Assembly (NCBI GenBank): GCA_965216635.1
Contig: OZ244188.1
Location: forward strand, 928,001-992,000
Length of the DNA: 64,000 bases
Direction: 5' to 3'
Source of the DNA: a bacterium
Lineage (GTDB): Bacteria; SAR324; XYD2-FULL-50-16; G965216635
Positions 11,413 through 21,644 of this stretch are shown in pieces; position 1 is the stretch's first letter, and every line of letters begins with the position of its first letter. Both the position numbers and the translations under genes were made by a program. The notes beneath the pieces were generated by a model. It made no database searches, was not told the DNA's origin, and saw only the letters and a program-made list of their open reading frames with translations.

Positions 11413-13242
11413 TTAAACTCCGCTTTTTATAGAAGAATCTTCTGTATGATTTTTTGGAGAGGTTTCTGCTACATCGGAGTGGGCTGTAACAGATTCTGTT
11501 TCATTGGAAGCAGATATCTCTTCTTTTGAAGTTTCTGCTACGTCTTTTGCTGTTTTGTCTTTTGCTGTTTCGTCTTTCTTAGGGATTGTTTCTGCTACTG
11601 TTTCTTCTGTTTCGTCTTTTTTAGGGATTGTTTCTGCTACTGTTTCTTCTGTTTCGTCTTTTTTAGGGATTGTTTCTGCTACTGTTTCTTCTGTTTCGTC
11701 TTTTTCGGGGATTGTTTCTGCTACCTCTTTTACTGTTTCGTCTTTTGCTGGGATTGTTTCTGCTACCTCTTTTGCTGTTTCGTCTTTTACTGTTTCGTCT
11801 TTTTTAGGGATTGTTTCTGTTTCGTCTTTTGCTGGGATTGTCTCTGCTGCTGTTTCGTCTTTTTTAGGGATTGTTTCTGCTACCTCTTTTACTGTTTCGT
11901 CTTTTTCGGGGATTGTTTCTGCTACCTCTTTTACTGTTTCGTCTTTTTCGGGGATTGTTTCTGCTACCTCTTTTACTGTTTCGTCTTTTGCTGTTTCGTC
12001 TTTTTTAGGGATTGTTTCTGTTTCTTCTTTTTTAAGGGTTATTTCTGCTACTTTTTTTTCTGTCACCTCTTTTGCTGTTTTGTCTTTTACTGTTTCGTCT
12101 TTTTTGGGGGTTGTTTCTGCTACTCCTTTTTGAGGATCATCTTTACTAAAAAGGCGCACTTCTGGAATATCTTCTGTGTCTTCCGATTCTTCTGACTTGG
12201 ATTTAGCGTCTTCTAATGTGCGGATATTTAATTCAAATTGAGTTAATTTCGAGGCTAATCTGACATTTTGCCCTCTTTTCCCAATGGCTAAAGCGAGATT
12301 TTGGTCGTCTATAAAAACATTAGCTGTATTATTTTCTGTATCTAGGTCTATATGATCTATTTCAGCGGGAACTAATGAATCCGTTATAAATTGTTTTAAA
12401 TCACTTGACCATTTAACGACATCAATTCTTTCTCCATTGAGTTCATTGACGACAGTTTGAATTCTCTCTCCTCCTCTTCCGACACAAGAACCTACAGGAT
12501 CTACATCAGGATTGTTAGTTTTTACTGCTATCTTTGCTCTTTTACCGGGATCTCTAGCCACGGCTAATACTTCTATTGTTTTATCATCAACTTCCGGAAT
12601 TTCTAGTTCAAGGAGTTTCATCAAAAAATCAGGATGAGTCCTTGAAAGTTTTAAAAATTTTTTCTTTGAATCCTTTTCGTCTATCTCTTTAAGCAAAGCC
12701 TTAACAGCATCACCTGATGACAACTTTTCAAAAGGTATTGCATCTCTGGGATCTAAAATAGCGCTTACATTTTTTTTGAGATGGATAACGCTACGGTTTT
12801 TATTAACCTGTCCAACTGTCCCATGAACAATTTTACCGATTTGACTAGTATATTTTTCTATAAGTAGAGAGTTTTCTAGCTCACTGATTTTTTGAAAAAA
12901 ACCTTGTCTCGCAGTCTGAGCGATGATATTGCTATAATCTGATTCTTCTATTTCATAGCTAATTTCATCGTCTAACTGGGCTTCTGGATCTATTTCTCTT
13001 GCTTGGCTCAGAGATATTTCGTTATTTTCATCAGTTATTTCTTTGGTGACAGTTTTGTAGTAATATAAACGTATATTATCTGAAATTTCATCAAATTGGG
13101 CTTCTATATTAGAATGCTGGGGATATTTTTTTTTTGCGGCATCTACAATAGTTTTTTCTATTGTTTGCACAATCAAATCTTTATCAATGTCTTTATCAAG
13201 ACTGATTTCGGATATTGCTGAAGTGAGTGAAAGATCTTTCAT
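11413..13242 (-). CDS. nusA: Transcription factor NusA with a long repetitive C-terminal tail
   Basis: ARDPGKRAKIAV, DPVGSCVG, LAIGKRGQNVRLASKL; directly upstream of infB. Confidence 0.95.
   Translation of the reverse strand: MKDLSLTSAISEISLDKDIDKDLIVQTIEKTIVDAAKKKYPQHSNIEAQFDEISDNIRLYYYKTVTKEITDENNEISLSQAREIDPEAQLDDEISYEIEESDYSNIIAQTARQGFFQKISELENSLLIEKYTSQIGKIVHGTVGQVNKNRSVIHLKKNVSAILDPRDAIPFEKLSSGDAVKALLKEIDEKDSKKKFLKLSRTHPDFLMKLLELEIPEVDDKTIEVLAVARDPGKRAKIAVKTNNPDVDPVGSCVGRGGERIQTVVNELNGERIDVVKWSSDLKQFITDSLVPAEIDHIDLDTENNTANVFIDDQNLALAIGKRGQNVRLASKLTQFELNIRTLEDAKSKSEESEDTEDIPEVRLFSKDDPQKGVAETTPKKDETVKDKTAKEVTEKKVAEITLKKEETETIPKKDETAKDETVKEVAETIPEKDETVKEVAETIPEKDETVKEVAETIPKKDETAAETIPAKDETETIPKKDETVKDETAKEVAETIPAKDETVKEVAETIPEKDETEETVAETIPKKDETEETVAETIPKKDETEETVAETIPKKDETAKDKTAKDVAETSKEEISASNETESVTAHSDVAETSPKNHTEDSSIKSGV
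11460..12130 (-). repeat. In-frame imperfect tandem repeats in the nusA 3' part (VAETIPKKDET units)
   Basis: Many copies of gggattgtttctgctac / tgtttcgtcttt units. Confidence 0.9.
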
Positions 13243-13329
13243 GATTATTTTACAAAAACTTTGTTTAATTTAAAGAATATCTTCTATAAAAATCCATTGT
13301 AATATTAAAAAAATTAAAAAGCAAGTTTT

Positions 13330-14181
13330 TTAATCTACTTGAGAAGTAAAGATTTTTTGTAGTAGTTTTAGATTGATTTCGTGAGATGATTTATGTCCAT
13401 AATAGCTCCCTATTATATGAAATTCGCTCAAGTAGAGATCTCCTATAGCATCTAAAATTTTGTGCTTTACAAATTCATCGTTGAACCGTAGATTTTCTTT
13501 GTTGAGCATTCCTCCATTTTTTGCTAATACTATTGCATTTTTGTGATTAGCACCCTTAATTAATCCCGCTGCTCTCAATTCTACTATGTTTTTTTCAAAT
13601 CCAAAAGTGCGACTAGGGGCAATTTTTTTTTCATAAGTATCTTCGGTGAGAGTAAACGAAAAAAATTGTTTTTTAATCAGTGGGTGAGCAAATTCTATGA
13701 AAAAACGAAAATTTTGCTCTTTAGATGGCGAAAAACTAGCATAATTTTTTTCATCTCCTACTTTAATAACAGAGGTAGGAGTGAAAATTTTTCTTGTTTT
13801 TTGCAGAGTTTTTGTTTTACATTTTTTTAAAAAATGAACCCAATCTAAAGCACTGCCATCTAAAATAGGTAATTCTGCAGAGTTGATTTCAATACGTAAG
13901 CTATCTATTTTTAAGGCATTGAGTGCCGACATAAAGTGCTCTAATGTTTTGATTTCTATGCCTTCTTTTTCTAGACAAGTAGAGAGTAGACTCTGTTTGT
14001 AGTACTGCCAAGAAGCAGGGACTTCTCGGTTGTCTAAATCTGTGCGGCAGAAAACAATTTTTCCACTATCACAGGGCAAAACGCGCAACAAGCATAATTG
14101 ACCTGAATGCAACCCTATACCTTGAATTTTGTTCTCGCATTCAATAGTTGTTTGGAATGTTTCTACTAATTGCGAGTCCAT
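13330..14181 (-). CDS. lpxC: UDP-3-O-acyl-GlcNAc deacetylase
   Basis: GIGLHSG, TLEHFMSAL, IAPSRTFGF, HKILDAIGDL. Confidence 0.93.
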   Translation of the reverse strand: MDSQLVETFQTTIECENKIQGIGLHSGQLCLLRVLPCDSGKIVFCRTDLDNREVPASWQYYKQSLLSTCLEKEGIEIKTLEHFMSALNALKIDSLRIEINSAELPILDGSALDWVHFLKKCKTKTLQKTRKIFTPTSVIKVGDEKNYASFSPSKEQNFRFFIEFAHPLIKKQFFSFTLTEDTYEKKIAPSRTFGFEKNIVELRAAGLIKGANHKNAIVLAKNGGMLNKENLRFNDEFVKHKILDAIGDLYLSEFHIIGSYYGHKSSHEINLKLLQKIFTSQVD

Positions 14182-15266
14182 CTAAAAAAATTCAAACCTT
14201 TTTTTATTTCAATAGTTTCTTTTAAGACATCAAATTTATGATAGTTTTTATCGTAAAAATCTATCTCAATCGGATATTCTCCTTCTTCTAATTTCAGATT
14301 CAAAAGATAGATAGAGTTGGGAAGATTTACCCAATGGCGTGTATCTGCTTTTGTTTTTGTGGAACTTGAGAGAATAGCTGCTCCTATTCCTATTATTAGA
14401 GCGGCAGCTAATGCATCGTCGTTGCTGGAATGAAAAGAAATTTCTTTTGCTATTTCTAAAGAAACATCAGAAACAACTTTTGTTGTATCCTTGAAAATAA
14501 CTTTATTTTTTGCAATGGCGTCTATAGGTCTACCTCCTCTACTAATAGCTTGCCAATAAACATCTCCAATAGGAAAAGTTACAATCTCTTTACTATTTGA
14601 TTCACTGTTTAAAATGCGAATTTTTAAAAAATAAATTTTATCTATACCTTTTTTGTAGCTTAAATATTCGCCTCTTTTTCCTACATTAATTTTACGAGGA
14701 GCATCCCCTGTTTCTATAACAAAAATACTATTTCCAAATTGAAATTTTTTTTTTAAGAAATTTTTTTTCAATTCTTTGAATTTTTTAAGATTAGCTTGGG
14801 AAAGTTGATTGCTATCTAAATGATGTTGCGCTAGAGCTTGTAAAAAATAGGCAGTGGCAAAATCAGCACGATACTGCTCTTCTTCTGCAAAAGCATCTTG
14901 CAGAATAGATTGCGCAAAAGAGGCTTGTGCGTTGCCGTAGTCTTTTTCCTTCAAAAAGAGTAGCCCTAGATAATAAAACAGCATACTCCTTTCGTGAGGC
15001 TCTCCTTTAAAAGATTTGATACCTTCTTCATACCAAAATTGACGCACTTTTTTACTTTCTTCTGGTTTATTCCATACCCGATTGATTTCTTGGGCAACAA
15101 ACAAAAAATTTTCTTTAGATTTTTGATATTCTTTTTTATCTAAAAAATATTTTCCTTCAATCATCTTGTTTAATAAAATTCTTTCTCCTTTTTGAGGATT
15201 ACTAGCAGCACAGGATAAAAAAGCAAGACTGCAAATAACTAGAGAATAGTTTTGTAGGTTTTTCAT
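14166..15266 (-). CDS. Lipoprotein with TPR-like region, uncharacterised
   Basis: Lipobox (FLSC), helical repeats, ADTRHW motif; next to an LpoB/CsgG-like gene. Confidence 0.6.
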   Translation of the reverse strand: MKNLQNYSLVICSLAFLSCAASNPQKGERILLNKMIEGKYFLDKKEYQKSKENFLFVAQEINRVWNKPEESKKVRQFWYEEGIKSFKGEPHERSMLFYYLGLLFLKEKDYGNAQASFAQSILQDAFAEEEQYRADFATAYFLQALAQHHLDSNQLSQANLKKFKELKKNFLKKKFQFGNSIFVIETGDAPRKINVGKRGEYLSYKKGIDKIYFLKIRILNSESNSKEIVTFPIGDVYWQAISRGGRPIDAIAKNKVIFKDTTKVVSDVSLEIAKEISFHSSNDDALAAALIIGIGAAILSSSTKTKADTRHWVNLPNSIYLLNLKLEEGEYPIEIDFYDKNYHKFDVLKETIEIKKGLNFFRWTRN

Positions 15267-15282
15267 ACAGAAATGAAATCTT

Positions 15283-15422
15283 TAGACTTTTGAATTTGCG
15301 TTCTGTTTAGCCTATGCAGCGTTAAAAAAAAATTTTAACTCTTGAAATACTTCAGTATTCCAGCGAGCTAAAAATTTTTTTTGCCTTGCCTAGCCGTCAC
15401 ATAACACAAATTCAAAGGTCTA
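15283..15422. mobile_element. Palindromic MITE-like repeat, copy 3 (140 bp short form)
   Basis: tagacttttgaatttg ... caaattcaaaggtcta. Confidence 0.88.
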
Positions 15423-15437
15423 ATCTTTTTATTTGAA

Positions 15438-16019
15438 TCAACGATAGATGGAATCATCAGCTCCGATTTTTTTAAAATCATAGATACTAGCCCAAACTAG
15501 AGAACCTGTTTTAAGATCTAAAAATTCTATAGCAAATTGGAAATAGTTTGATTTCACACCTGTTTCATTGGACACTTTACTAATAGAAGAAATCCTAGCT
15601 ACTACTCTGTAGTCTGCTTCTATAAGATCTATATCTTTGCCTGATGTTTCTGCTTCTTTGATTAAAACTTTAAGATTAGCACGGGTGACAAAATTAATTT
15701 TACCTTTGGTTTTTTGCAATAAATTCACTCTCATCTTATCTGCAAGCAGATTGGTGTTAATAATTTGTGAAGATTCGTTGATAAAATATTCTCCCTCCAA
15801 AATAACAACGGGTGATTTTTTACTTTGTATGTAAAAATCGGATGAGAGTAAATCGGAAACCATTTTTTGAGAAATTTGCTCTATATTGTTAGATTCTACG
15901 CCTAAACCTGAAAAATAAGTTGCTTCGTTCGTGGATACTTCTCTAACTGCTAGGGCGTTAGGCTGCTGCGTGCAGGAAAAAAACAGAGGAAATAAAAGAA
16001 TGGCAAAGTAAATTTTCAC
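15438..16019 (-). CDS. LpoB/CsgG-like lipoprotein; likely GTG start at 16019
   Basis: Signal with lipobox (LFFSC) after VKIYF; C-terminal DLKTGSLVW motif; the upstream ORF extension overlaps the previous gene. Confidence 0.65.
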   Translation of the reverse strand: MKIYFAILLFPLFFSCTQQPNALAVREVSTNEATYFSGLGVESNNIEQISQKMVSDLLSSDFYIQSKKSPVVILEGEYFINESSQIINTNLLADKMRVNLLQKTKGKINFVTRANLKVLIKEAETSGKDIDLIEADYRVVARISSISKVSNETGVKSNYFQFAIEFLDLKTGSLVWASIYDFKKIGADDSIYR

Positions 16020-16050
16020 ACAGCAGCCACCAATTTTGTTCAAGTAACTT

Positions 16051-19000
16051 TTATTTAGGCAAATCGTTGATTTCTTCATAATATTCTTCAAGATAAAATT
16101 TGTATTTTTTTTTATTACCCATTTCATAGTGTAATTTACCAAGTAGGTCGGCATAAGTAAAGACTTTTTTGTCTTTATCTTTGTTTTTTTGAGCAATCCT
16201 ATAATATTTTTCTAATAAATCCACAAAACCTTCATCTATTTTTTCTTTTTGTCTAAAAAGCAATTTATTTTGTAGTGCAACATTAAACAAAGTGGAAATT
16301 AACAGTTTGTAAGGGTAGTAGAGGCAATTTTCCTCAAAATTTATTTTTTCTAAAAATTTTTTTAACTCTACAATCCGTTGGAATTTACTACATAAAGTAA
16401 TATAGATAGCATAAATTTTGTAGTAACGGGTAATGTCTATTGTAGAGAGTTCTATTTTGCTGCACAAGACTGCTAAAGCTGTTTTTTCATCGCCTTGTTT
16501 ATAACACTGGTAAGCTTTGATGTAACTGTTTTCTAGCTCACACTTACCGTGCTTTTGCGATGCGCTATAGAAAGGAAAATGCTCTAGTAAAGATTTAAGA
16601 GTATTTGTGTCGTCTAATCCTATCAATAGAAAAGCAACATCACTGATATTTTGAAAAGAGCTAGTTTTTTCTTTTAAAAGTTCTATAACTGGAGCTAAAA
16701 AAACTCTCGCTTTTTGATGATTTTCTTTTATTAAAAAATAATTTGCTAAAATAAGATGATTATAAAAGAGAAGCTCCCACTCTTCTTTTATTTCTAAAAA
16801 TTCGTTTATTTCTTGTAATTTTACTACAGATTCAGAATTTTTTTGATAAAATAGGCTTTCTTGATAAAAACTACAAAGCCAAAGCAGAGTTCTTTTCTCA
16901 GAAAAATGGGCTATTTTTTCAAAAATTTTATAGTAAAAAATTTTTTTGCTATCCCATTTAAGAAAAGCAAAAATATCTTTTAGATACTGGTAGGAGATGT
17001 TTTTATCTTCTATTTCTAAAATATCGTCTAAATTAGAAAAAATATAATAAGAGAAAGTAGATTGATACATTTCAAAAGTTTCTTTTTTTGTAAAAAATTT
17101 TAGTAAAAAAGTTCTGGTATGTTGGAGCTTTTTTTGTTCAAAAAAAGCATATTTTGTGAGCAAGAAACAAAATCCAGATTCTAAAGATATTTGTTTTTGG
17201 TCTAAGCTTTTTTCTAATAAATGACAGTGGTAAAGTTTTTCTAAATAGCTATCTAAATCTTTTATACCTAAAAGATCTTCTAAAAACTTAACTGGTATAA
17301 AAGAAGTAAAAAGATAGCAAATCAATAAAATTTGTTGTGCTAAAGGAGATAGTTGCTGTGGTAAATTATCAATAATTTGTTTCCAAACCGATTCTTCTTG
17401 ACTAATATCTGAAGATTGCCCTAAAGATTGCCATAAATTTTTAGCGCTCAAATTTTTAGCCAAATAGACTAGTTTAACCAGACGGTAAGAAAGAGCGAGA
17501 GAATTGAGTTGTGCGTTGGAAGGTAAAGATTTTTGGATAGCTTTTCTAGTGGGGTAATCAAAAAAATTTAAAACTTCATCCCAATTTAAAGAGTTAAGAG
17601 CAAATATTCTGTTTAGCTTATACGGGGTTTCTCGGAAACTAGGTTCTTTCTTTTCGTGAACTACTATTATGATTTTAAATTCTTTTTTTTTTGATAGCCA
17701 TTTTATAAAAGAAGGAGAAAGATCTCCGGACAACAAAAAAATAAAGAGCAGATTTTTCATTTGTGGTTCTAATTTTTCTTCTAATCGGTAAATTGTATCC
17801 CAAATAGAAAAATTCATTTTTGTAGGGAATAGTAAATTTTTTGCTTGCTCAATATATTTTTCTAAAGAATTGTTTTTGTTACTGTTTTGGGTTTGGTTTG
17901 CCGAATATTTTAGATTGTCTCCCCTAATACTTATTTGAATATACTGGTAGTCTTGGTAGTATTCCATTGCAAAACGATGAAGATAATTACCTGCGTTTTG
18001 CAAAAGATCGTCTTGAATCCATAAAATATTTTCTGCCAGATTATTCTTGCTACCAGAAAACAAGTTCACGATTTTTTCTTTTAAGTTTAGTAGTGTTTGA
18101 GTATTTCCATAAAACTTTCTTAAATACCAAAATTTCTGCCTAGAAAAATATTTTTTGTTCATTAGACTATTTTGTTGATAATCTATGATGGCATTTGCTT
18201 TTTGAGGAGCAATAAATTTGTCATTTTCCCAAAATTGAATCCAGAGCCAATCCCAACTATAACTTAAAGTCTGGGACATTTGTTTTAGTGCGTGGAGATG
18301 AGAAGCAAAAATATTTTTTCCTTGAGCAATTTGCACAATCAAACAAGACATATAGGTGCGAATATTTTTTCTATGAATAGAGCCAGAAAAGTTGATGAGA
18401 GAAGGTATTCCCAAATCAAAAAATTTTTCTAGCAAAACGCAGTGGCTACCATCTTTTAAATCTTTAATTTGTTTGAAATTCACTACTAAAAGCTCTAACC
18501 CTTTTTCTATGGCATCTATAAAAGGAAAATCCAGTATATTTTTTTGAACTCTGTCTTCGTTTTTAGAGAAGAAAAGCATTTGAGTTATATCTAAAAATCC
18601 TTGTAGAAAAAGATAACGTGGATTGGTTTTGAAAATAAAACGAAAATTTTCTAAAGTTCCATTTAAAAAAATATTCCACTGAATATTTTCTTGTAGATTG
18701 AATTTATTTTCTATGAACCAGTCGTGTGGAGAATAATAAAACTCAAAAGAAGGAGTTTGATGGTTTGTTTCAAAATTTGGTGAGAGAAAATGATTGTGGG
18801 AGCTAAAGAATTGCCAATTCGCGATTTGTTTAGCTGATGGATAGCGCATCTTAGCTTTTCCTGAATGGATTCTTTTTACTCCGCCTTCTAAGGCTAACCA
18901 GTTGTTTCCGTTGTGTAGTAATTCCCAAGCTATGTTTTCCCAAAGTAGAAAATCAATTTTTAACTCTAGACTTTGGGAAATATCAAAAGCAATATTCAAT

Positions 19001-19236
19001 CGGGGAGGTAAAATGCAACAAAAAAGTGATTTACCATAGTTTTTTAATATTTGGAGGACTTCTTTTCTATCTTCGTTTTTACTCTTTACTTGCAAATAAG
19101 GGGAATCTTTAAGCCAAAAAAGAGTTTGGCGAGCAATCCTGTTTTGCGCATCACTGGGAGGTATAAAGTGAGTTTTTATACCCATTTTTGGTATTTCTAG
19201 CTGCTCCTCTGTGATTAAAATTTTTAAGCCCATCAA
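16051..19236 (-). CDS. Large hypothetical protein with a degenerate CHAT-like N-terminus and helical/TPR-like C-terminus
   Basis: 1061 aa ORF; GKSLFCCILP and IAWELLH motifs resemble CHAT domains; no clear catalytic His/Cys. Confidence 0.5.
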   Translation of the reverse strand: MMGLKILITEEQLEIPKMGIKTHFIPPSDAQNRIARQTLFWLKDSPYLQVKSKNEDRKEVLQILKNYGKSLFCCILPPRLNIAFDISQSLELKIDFLLWENIAWELLHNGNNWLALEGGVKRIHSGKAKMRYPSAKQIANWQFFSSHNHFLSPNFETNHQTPSFEFYYSPHDWFIENKFNLQENIQWNIFLNGTLENFRFIFKTNPRYLFLQGFLDITQMLFFSKNEDRVQKNILDFPFIDAIEKGLELLVVNFKQIKDLKDGSHCVLLEKFFDLGIPSLINFSGSIHRKNIRTYMSCLIVQIAQGKNIFASHLHALKQMSQTLSYSWDWLWIQFWENDKFIAPQKANAIIDYQQNSLMNKKYFSRQKFWYLRKFYGNTQTLLNLKEKIVNLFSGSKNNLAENILWIQDDLLQNAGNYLHRFAMEYYQDYQYIQISIRGDNLKYSANQTQNSNKNNSLEKYIEQAKNLLFPTKMNFSIWDTIYRLEEKLEPQMKNLLFIFLLSGDLSPSFIKWLSKKKEFKIIIVVHEKKEPSFRETPYKLNRIFALNSLNWDEVLNFFDYPTRKAIQKSLPSNAQLNSLALSYRLVKLVYLAKNLSAKNLWQSLGQSSDISQEESVWKQIIDNLPQQLSPLAQQILLICYLFTSFIPVKFLEDLLGIKDLDSYLEKLYHCHLLEKSLDQKQISLESGFCFLLTKYAFFEQKKLQHTRTFLLKFFTKKETFEMYQSTFSYYIFSNLDDILEIEDKNISYQYLKDIFAFLKWDSKKIFYYKIFEKIAHFSEKRTLLWLCSFYQESLFYQKNSESVVKLQEINEFLEIKEEWELLFYNHLILANYFLIKENHQKARVFLAPVIELLKEKTSSFQNISDVAFLLIGLDDTNTLKSLLEHFPFYSASQKHGKCELENSYIKAYQCYKQGDEKTALAVLCSKIELSTIDITRYYKIYAIYITLCSKFQRIVELKKFLEKINFEENCLYYPYKLLISTLFNVALQNKLLFRQKEKIDEGFVDLLEKYYRIAQKNKDKDKKVFTYADLLGKLHYEMGNKKKYKFYLEEYYEEINDLPK

Positions 19237-19255
19237 GACTTTTCAAAAAAAAAGG

Positions 19256-21079
19256 TTAAGAGAGCTTAGTTTTATCACGAAAATAGGGTTGCAGTATTTG
19301 TCTTGCGGTAGCCGCAGCATACCTCCCAGCTTTCCCATTTTCCAACAAAATCACAATAGAAATTTGAGGATCATGTACAGGAGCAAAACCAGCAAACCAA
19401 GCGTGGTCTTCCAGTTCAGGATTTAATTCGCCTTTCTCTTCTATGATTTTGCGACGGGTTTTGTAGCTAATTACTTGAGTAGTCCCAGTTTTTCCTCCCA
19501 TGGGAAAGATAGAATTAGCAGCAGCTCTACTTGTACCTGTTTGACTAGAAACCGATTGACTCATTCCTTCTATAATTAGATTTAAATTTTTAGGATCAAA
19601 CCCCAAATGCTCTGTTTTTAATTTGGTTTTTATTGTTTTTTCTTTTTGTTTTATGTAATTTAGTATTCTGGGTTGGACAATGTTTCCTCCATTTACAAGA
19701 GCATTAACATAAGTAAGTAATTGTATGGGTGTAACTGCAATGTAAGATTGCCCTATACTGACTCCGATAGTTTCTCCCAAGAACCATCTCGATTTCTTAT
19801 TTTTCTCTTTCCATTTTTTATTAGGTATAAGCCCTTTTTTTTCATTCGGTATATCAATACCTGATATTTTTCCAAGCTGTAATTTTGTAGCATATTCATA
19901 AATTTTCTCTACGCCTAGTTTTAATCCAAGTTGATAAAAGAAAGTATTACAAGATGCAGCTATAGCCTCTACTAGATTGATTTTACCATGGCCGCTTTTT
20001 TTCCAACAATAATAGAGTTTACTATTTAATTTGTAATGTCCGTTACAAGTGTAGGTAAATTCTTCATCAATCAAACCTTCTTCTAATGCAGCAATTGCTA
20101 CAACCATCTTAAAAGTAGAACCTGGGGAATAAAGTCCTTGCACACAGCGGTTATTTAAAAAACCCTGTTTGTTATTCGTAAGGTTTAACCATTCTTTTTT
20201 ACTTAAAAAAGAAGAAAATCTATTGGGATTAAAGGTAGGGTTGCTACACATAGCAATGACTTTTCCATTTTTAGGGTTCATTACAATCACTGCTCCTTTG
20301 CGTTGTTGTAAAACAGAATAAATATGCATTTGCAAATCTAAATCTAGGTTTAGATGAAGATCATCCCCCGCTACTGGAGTTTTTACATATTGAGAATCAG
20401 TAATTTTACCCGCACTATTATTTTCTATTCTCAAACCTCCATCAGTACCCAAAAGCTGTGCATTGTAATATTTTTCCACTCCAGAACTACCAATAAAACT
20501 AGCAGATTTCACTTGGGTGGCTTTTATTTTTTTTAAATTTTTCAGGTCAATTTGATTCATATAACCCAATACATGAACCAAAAAGTTTTCATGGGTATAG
20601 TGTCTTATTTGACTAATATCAATAGATACACCGGGAAATTCTTCTCTATAGGTTTCTACAAGAACTACTTGCTTCCAAGTTAAATTGTTATAAATTTTAA
20701 CAGATGCAAAGCGGTTTTTTTTTTTGTTGACTGTAAAATTGGCTAGTAATGAGCGGTAAGGAATACCTAGTGTGGATGATATTTTTTGAAATATTTTACG
20801 AGTATTTTTTTGATTATTATCAATAATGACTAGATCATAAGAAATAAGGTTTTTCGCTAGTAGCGATTCTTTTTTATCGTAGATTAAACCGCGTACTCCA
20901 CTAATAGGGATCAAATGAATGCGATTTTCTTTAGAAAGTTTTTTGTATTTATTTCCATTGGTTAGCTGTAGGTTCCACAGTCTAACCCCTAATACAATAA
21001 AAGCAGCACCTAAAGAGCCTTTAATAATAAATTCTCTTCTATCTAAAATACGTTTTTCTTGCTTGTTTATAGTGCTCAT
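19256..21079 (-). CDS. mrdA: Penicillin-binding protein 2
   Basis: PGSTFK, SCN and KTGT motifs; follows mreBCD. Confidence 0.95.
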   Translation of the reverse strand: MSTINKQEKRILDRREFIIKGSLGAAFIVLGVRLWNLQLTNGNKYKKLSKENRIHLIPISGVRGLIYDKKESLLAKNLISYDLVIIDNNQKNTRKIFQKISSTLGIPYRSLLANFTVNKKKNRFASVKIYNNLTWKQVVLVETYREEFPGVSIDISQIRHYTHENFLVHVLGYMNQIDLKNLKKIKATQVKSASFIGSSGVEKYYNAQLLGTDGGLRIENNSAGKITDSQYVKTPVAGDDLHLNLDLDLQMHIYSVLQQRKGAVIVMNPKNGKVIAMCSNPTFNPNRFSSFLSKKEWLNLTNNKQGFLNNRCVQGLYSPGSTFKMVVAIAALEEGLIDEEFTYTCNGHYKLNSKLYYCWKKSGHGKINLVEAIAASCNTFFYQLGLKLGVEKIYEYATKLQLGKISGIDIPNEKKGLIPNKKWKEKNKKSRWFLGETIGVSIGQSYIAVTPIQLLTYVNALVNGGNIVQPRILNYIKQKEKTIKTKLKTEHLGFDPKNLNLIIEGMSQSVSSQTGTSRAAANSIFPMGGKTGTTQVISYKTRRKIIEEKGELNPELEDHAWFAGFAPVHDPQISIVILLENGKAGRYAAATARQILQPYFRDKTKLS

Positions 21080-21125
21080 TTGAAAAAAGGATTTTTGATT
21101 TTATTATGGACTAAATGAATTTTAA

Positions 21126-21140
21126 TAGACTTTTGAATTT
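21126..21140. repeat. Solo terminal repeat of the MITE family
   Basis: tagacttttgaattt with no element body. Confidence 0.55.
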
Positions 21141-21161
21141 TAATTTCAGCGATAGTTTTTT

Positions 21162-21644
21162 CTAATCTAGGTAAAAAAATTTTCTTTCTAGTTTTCTAAT
21201 TATAAGAAATACGAGTAATAGTAATGCAGTTGTTGGTACGACTTCTACCCACAAAGAGCTGGTGAAGAAAGTAAAAAGATGGTTTTCAGCGATAAAAAGA
21301 TAATTTATAAATATCCATAAAAAGTGCATTCCACAAAAAACAATAAATCCGGCGAGTATATGCTGCCAAAAATTTTCTTTTTCTAATATAAAAAAATAAG
21401 GCACATAGTAAGAAAAAAAAAAGACTACGGCGTAACTACCAAGCAATGAAAAACTTAAATAATCGTAGGTTAACCCTAAAAAGGCTAAGAACAAAGAATC
21501 ATAAAATCCTCTAAAAAAAACAGCTAAGCAGTAGGCTAGAGCGAAAAAAAAACTAAATTTAAGGGTTGAAAAATAGCTGTCAAAAAAGGCTTGGAATATT
21601 ATTGCTACTAACCAAAGGATTACAAAAAAGACGAATTTTTTCAT
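21162..21644 (-). CDS. mreD: Rod shape-determining protein MreD
   Basis: Hydrophobic, GLTYD..S..LLG motif; lies between mreC and mrdA. Confidence 0.75.
   Translation of the reverse strand: MKKFVFFVILWLVAIIFQAFFDSYFSTLKFSFFFALAYCLAVFFRGFYDSLFLAFLGLTYDYLSFSLLGSYAVVFFFSYYVPYFFILEKENFWQHILAGFIVFCGMHFLWIFINYLFIAENHLFTFFTSSLWVEVVPTTALLLLVFLIIRKLERKFFYLD

Noticed and set aside
11504..12133. 209 aa Ser/Val-rich plus-strand ORF
   Set aside because: Antisense of the nusA repeat tail.
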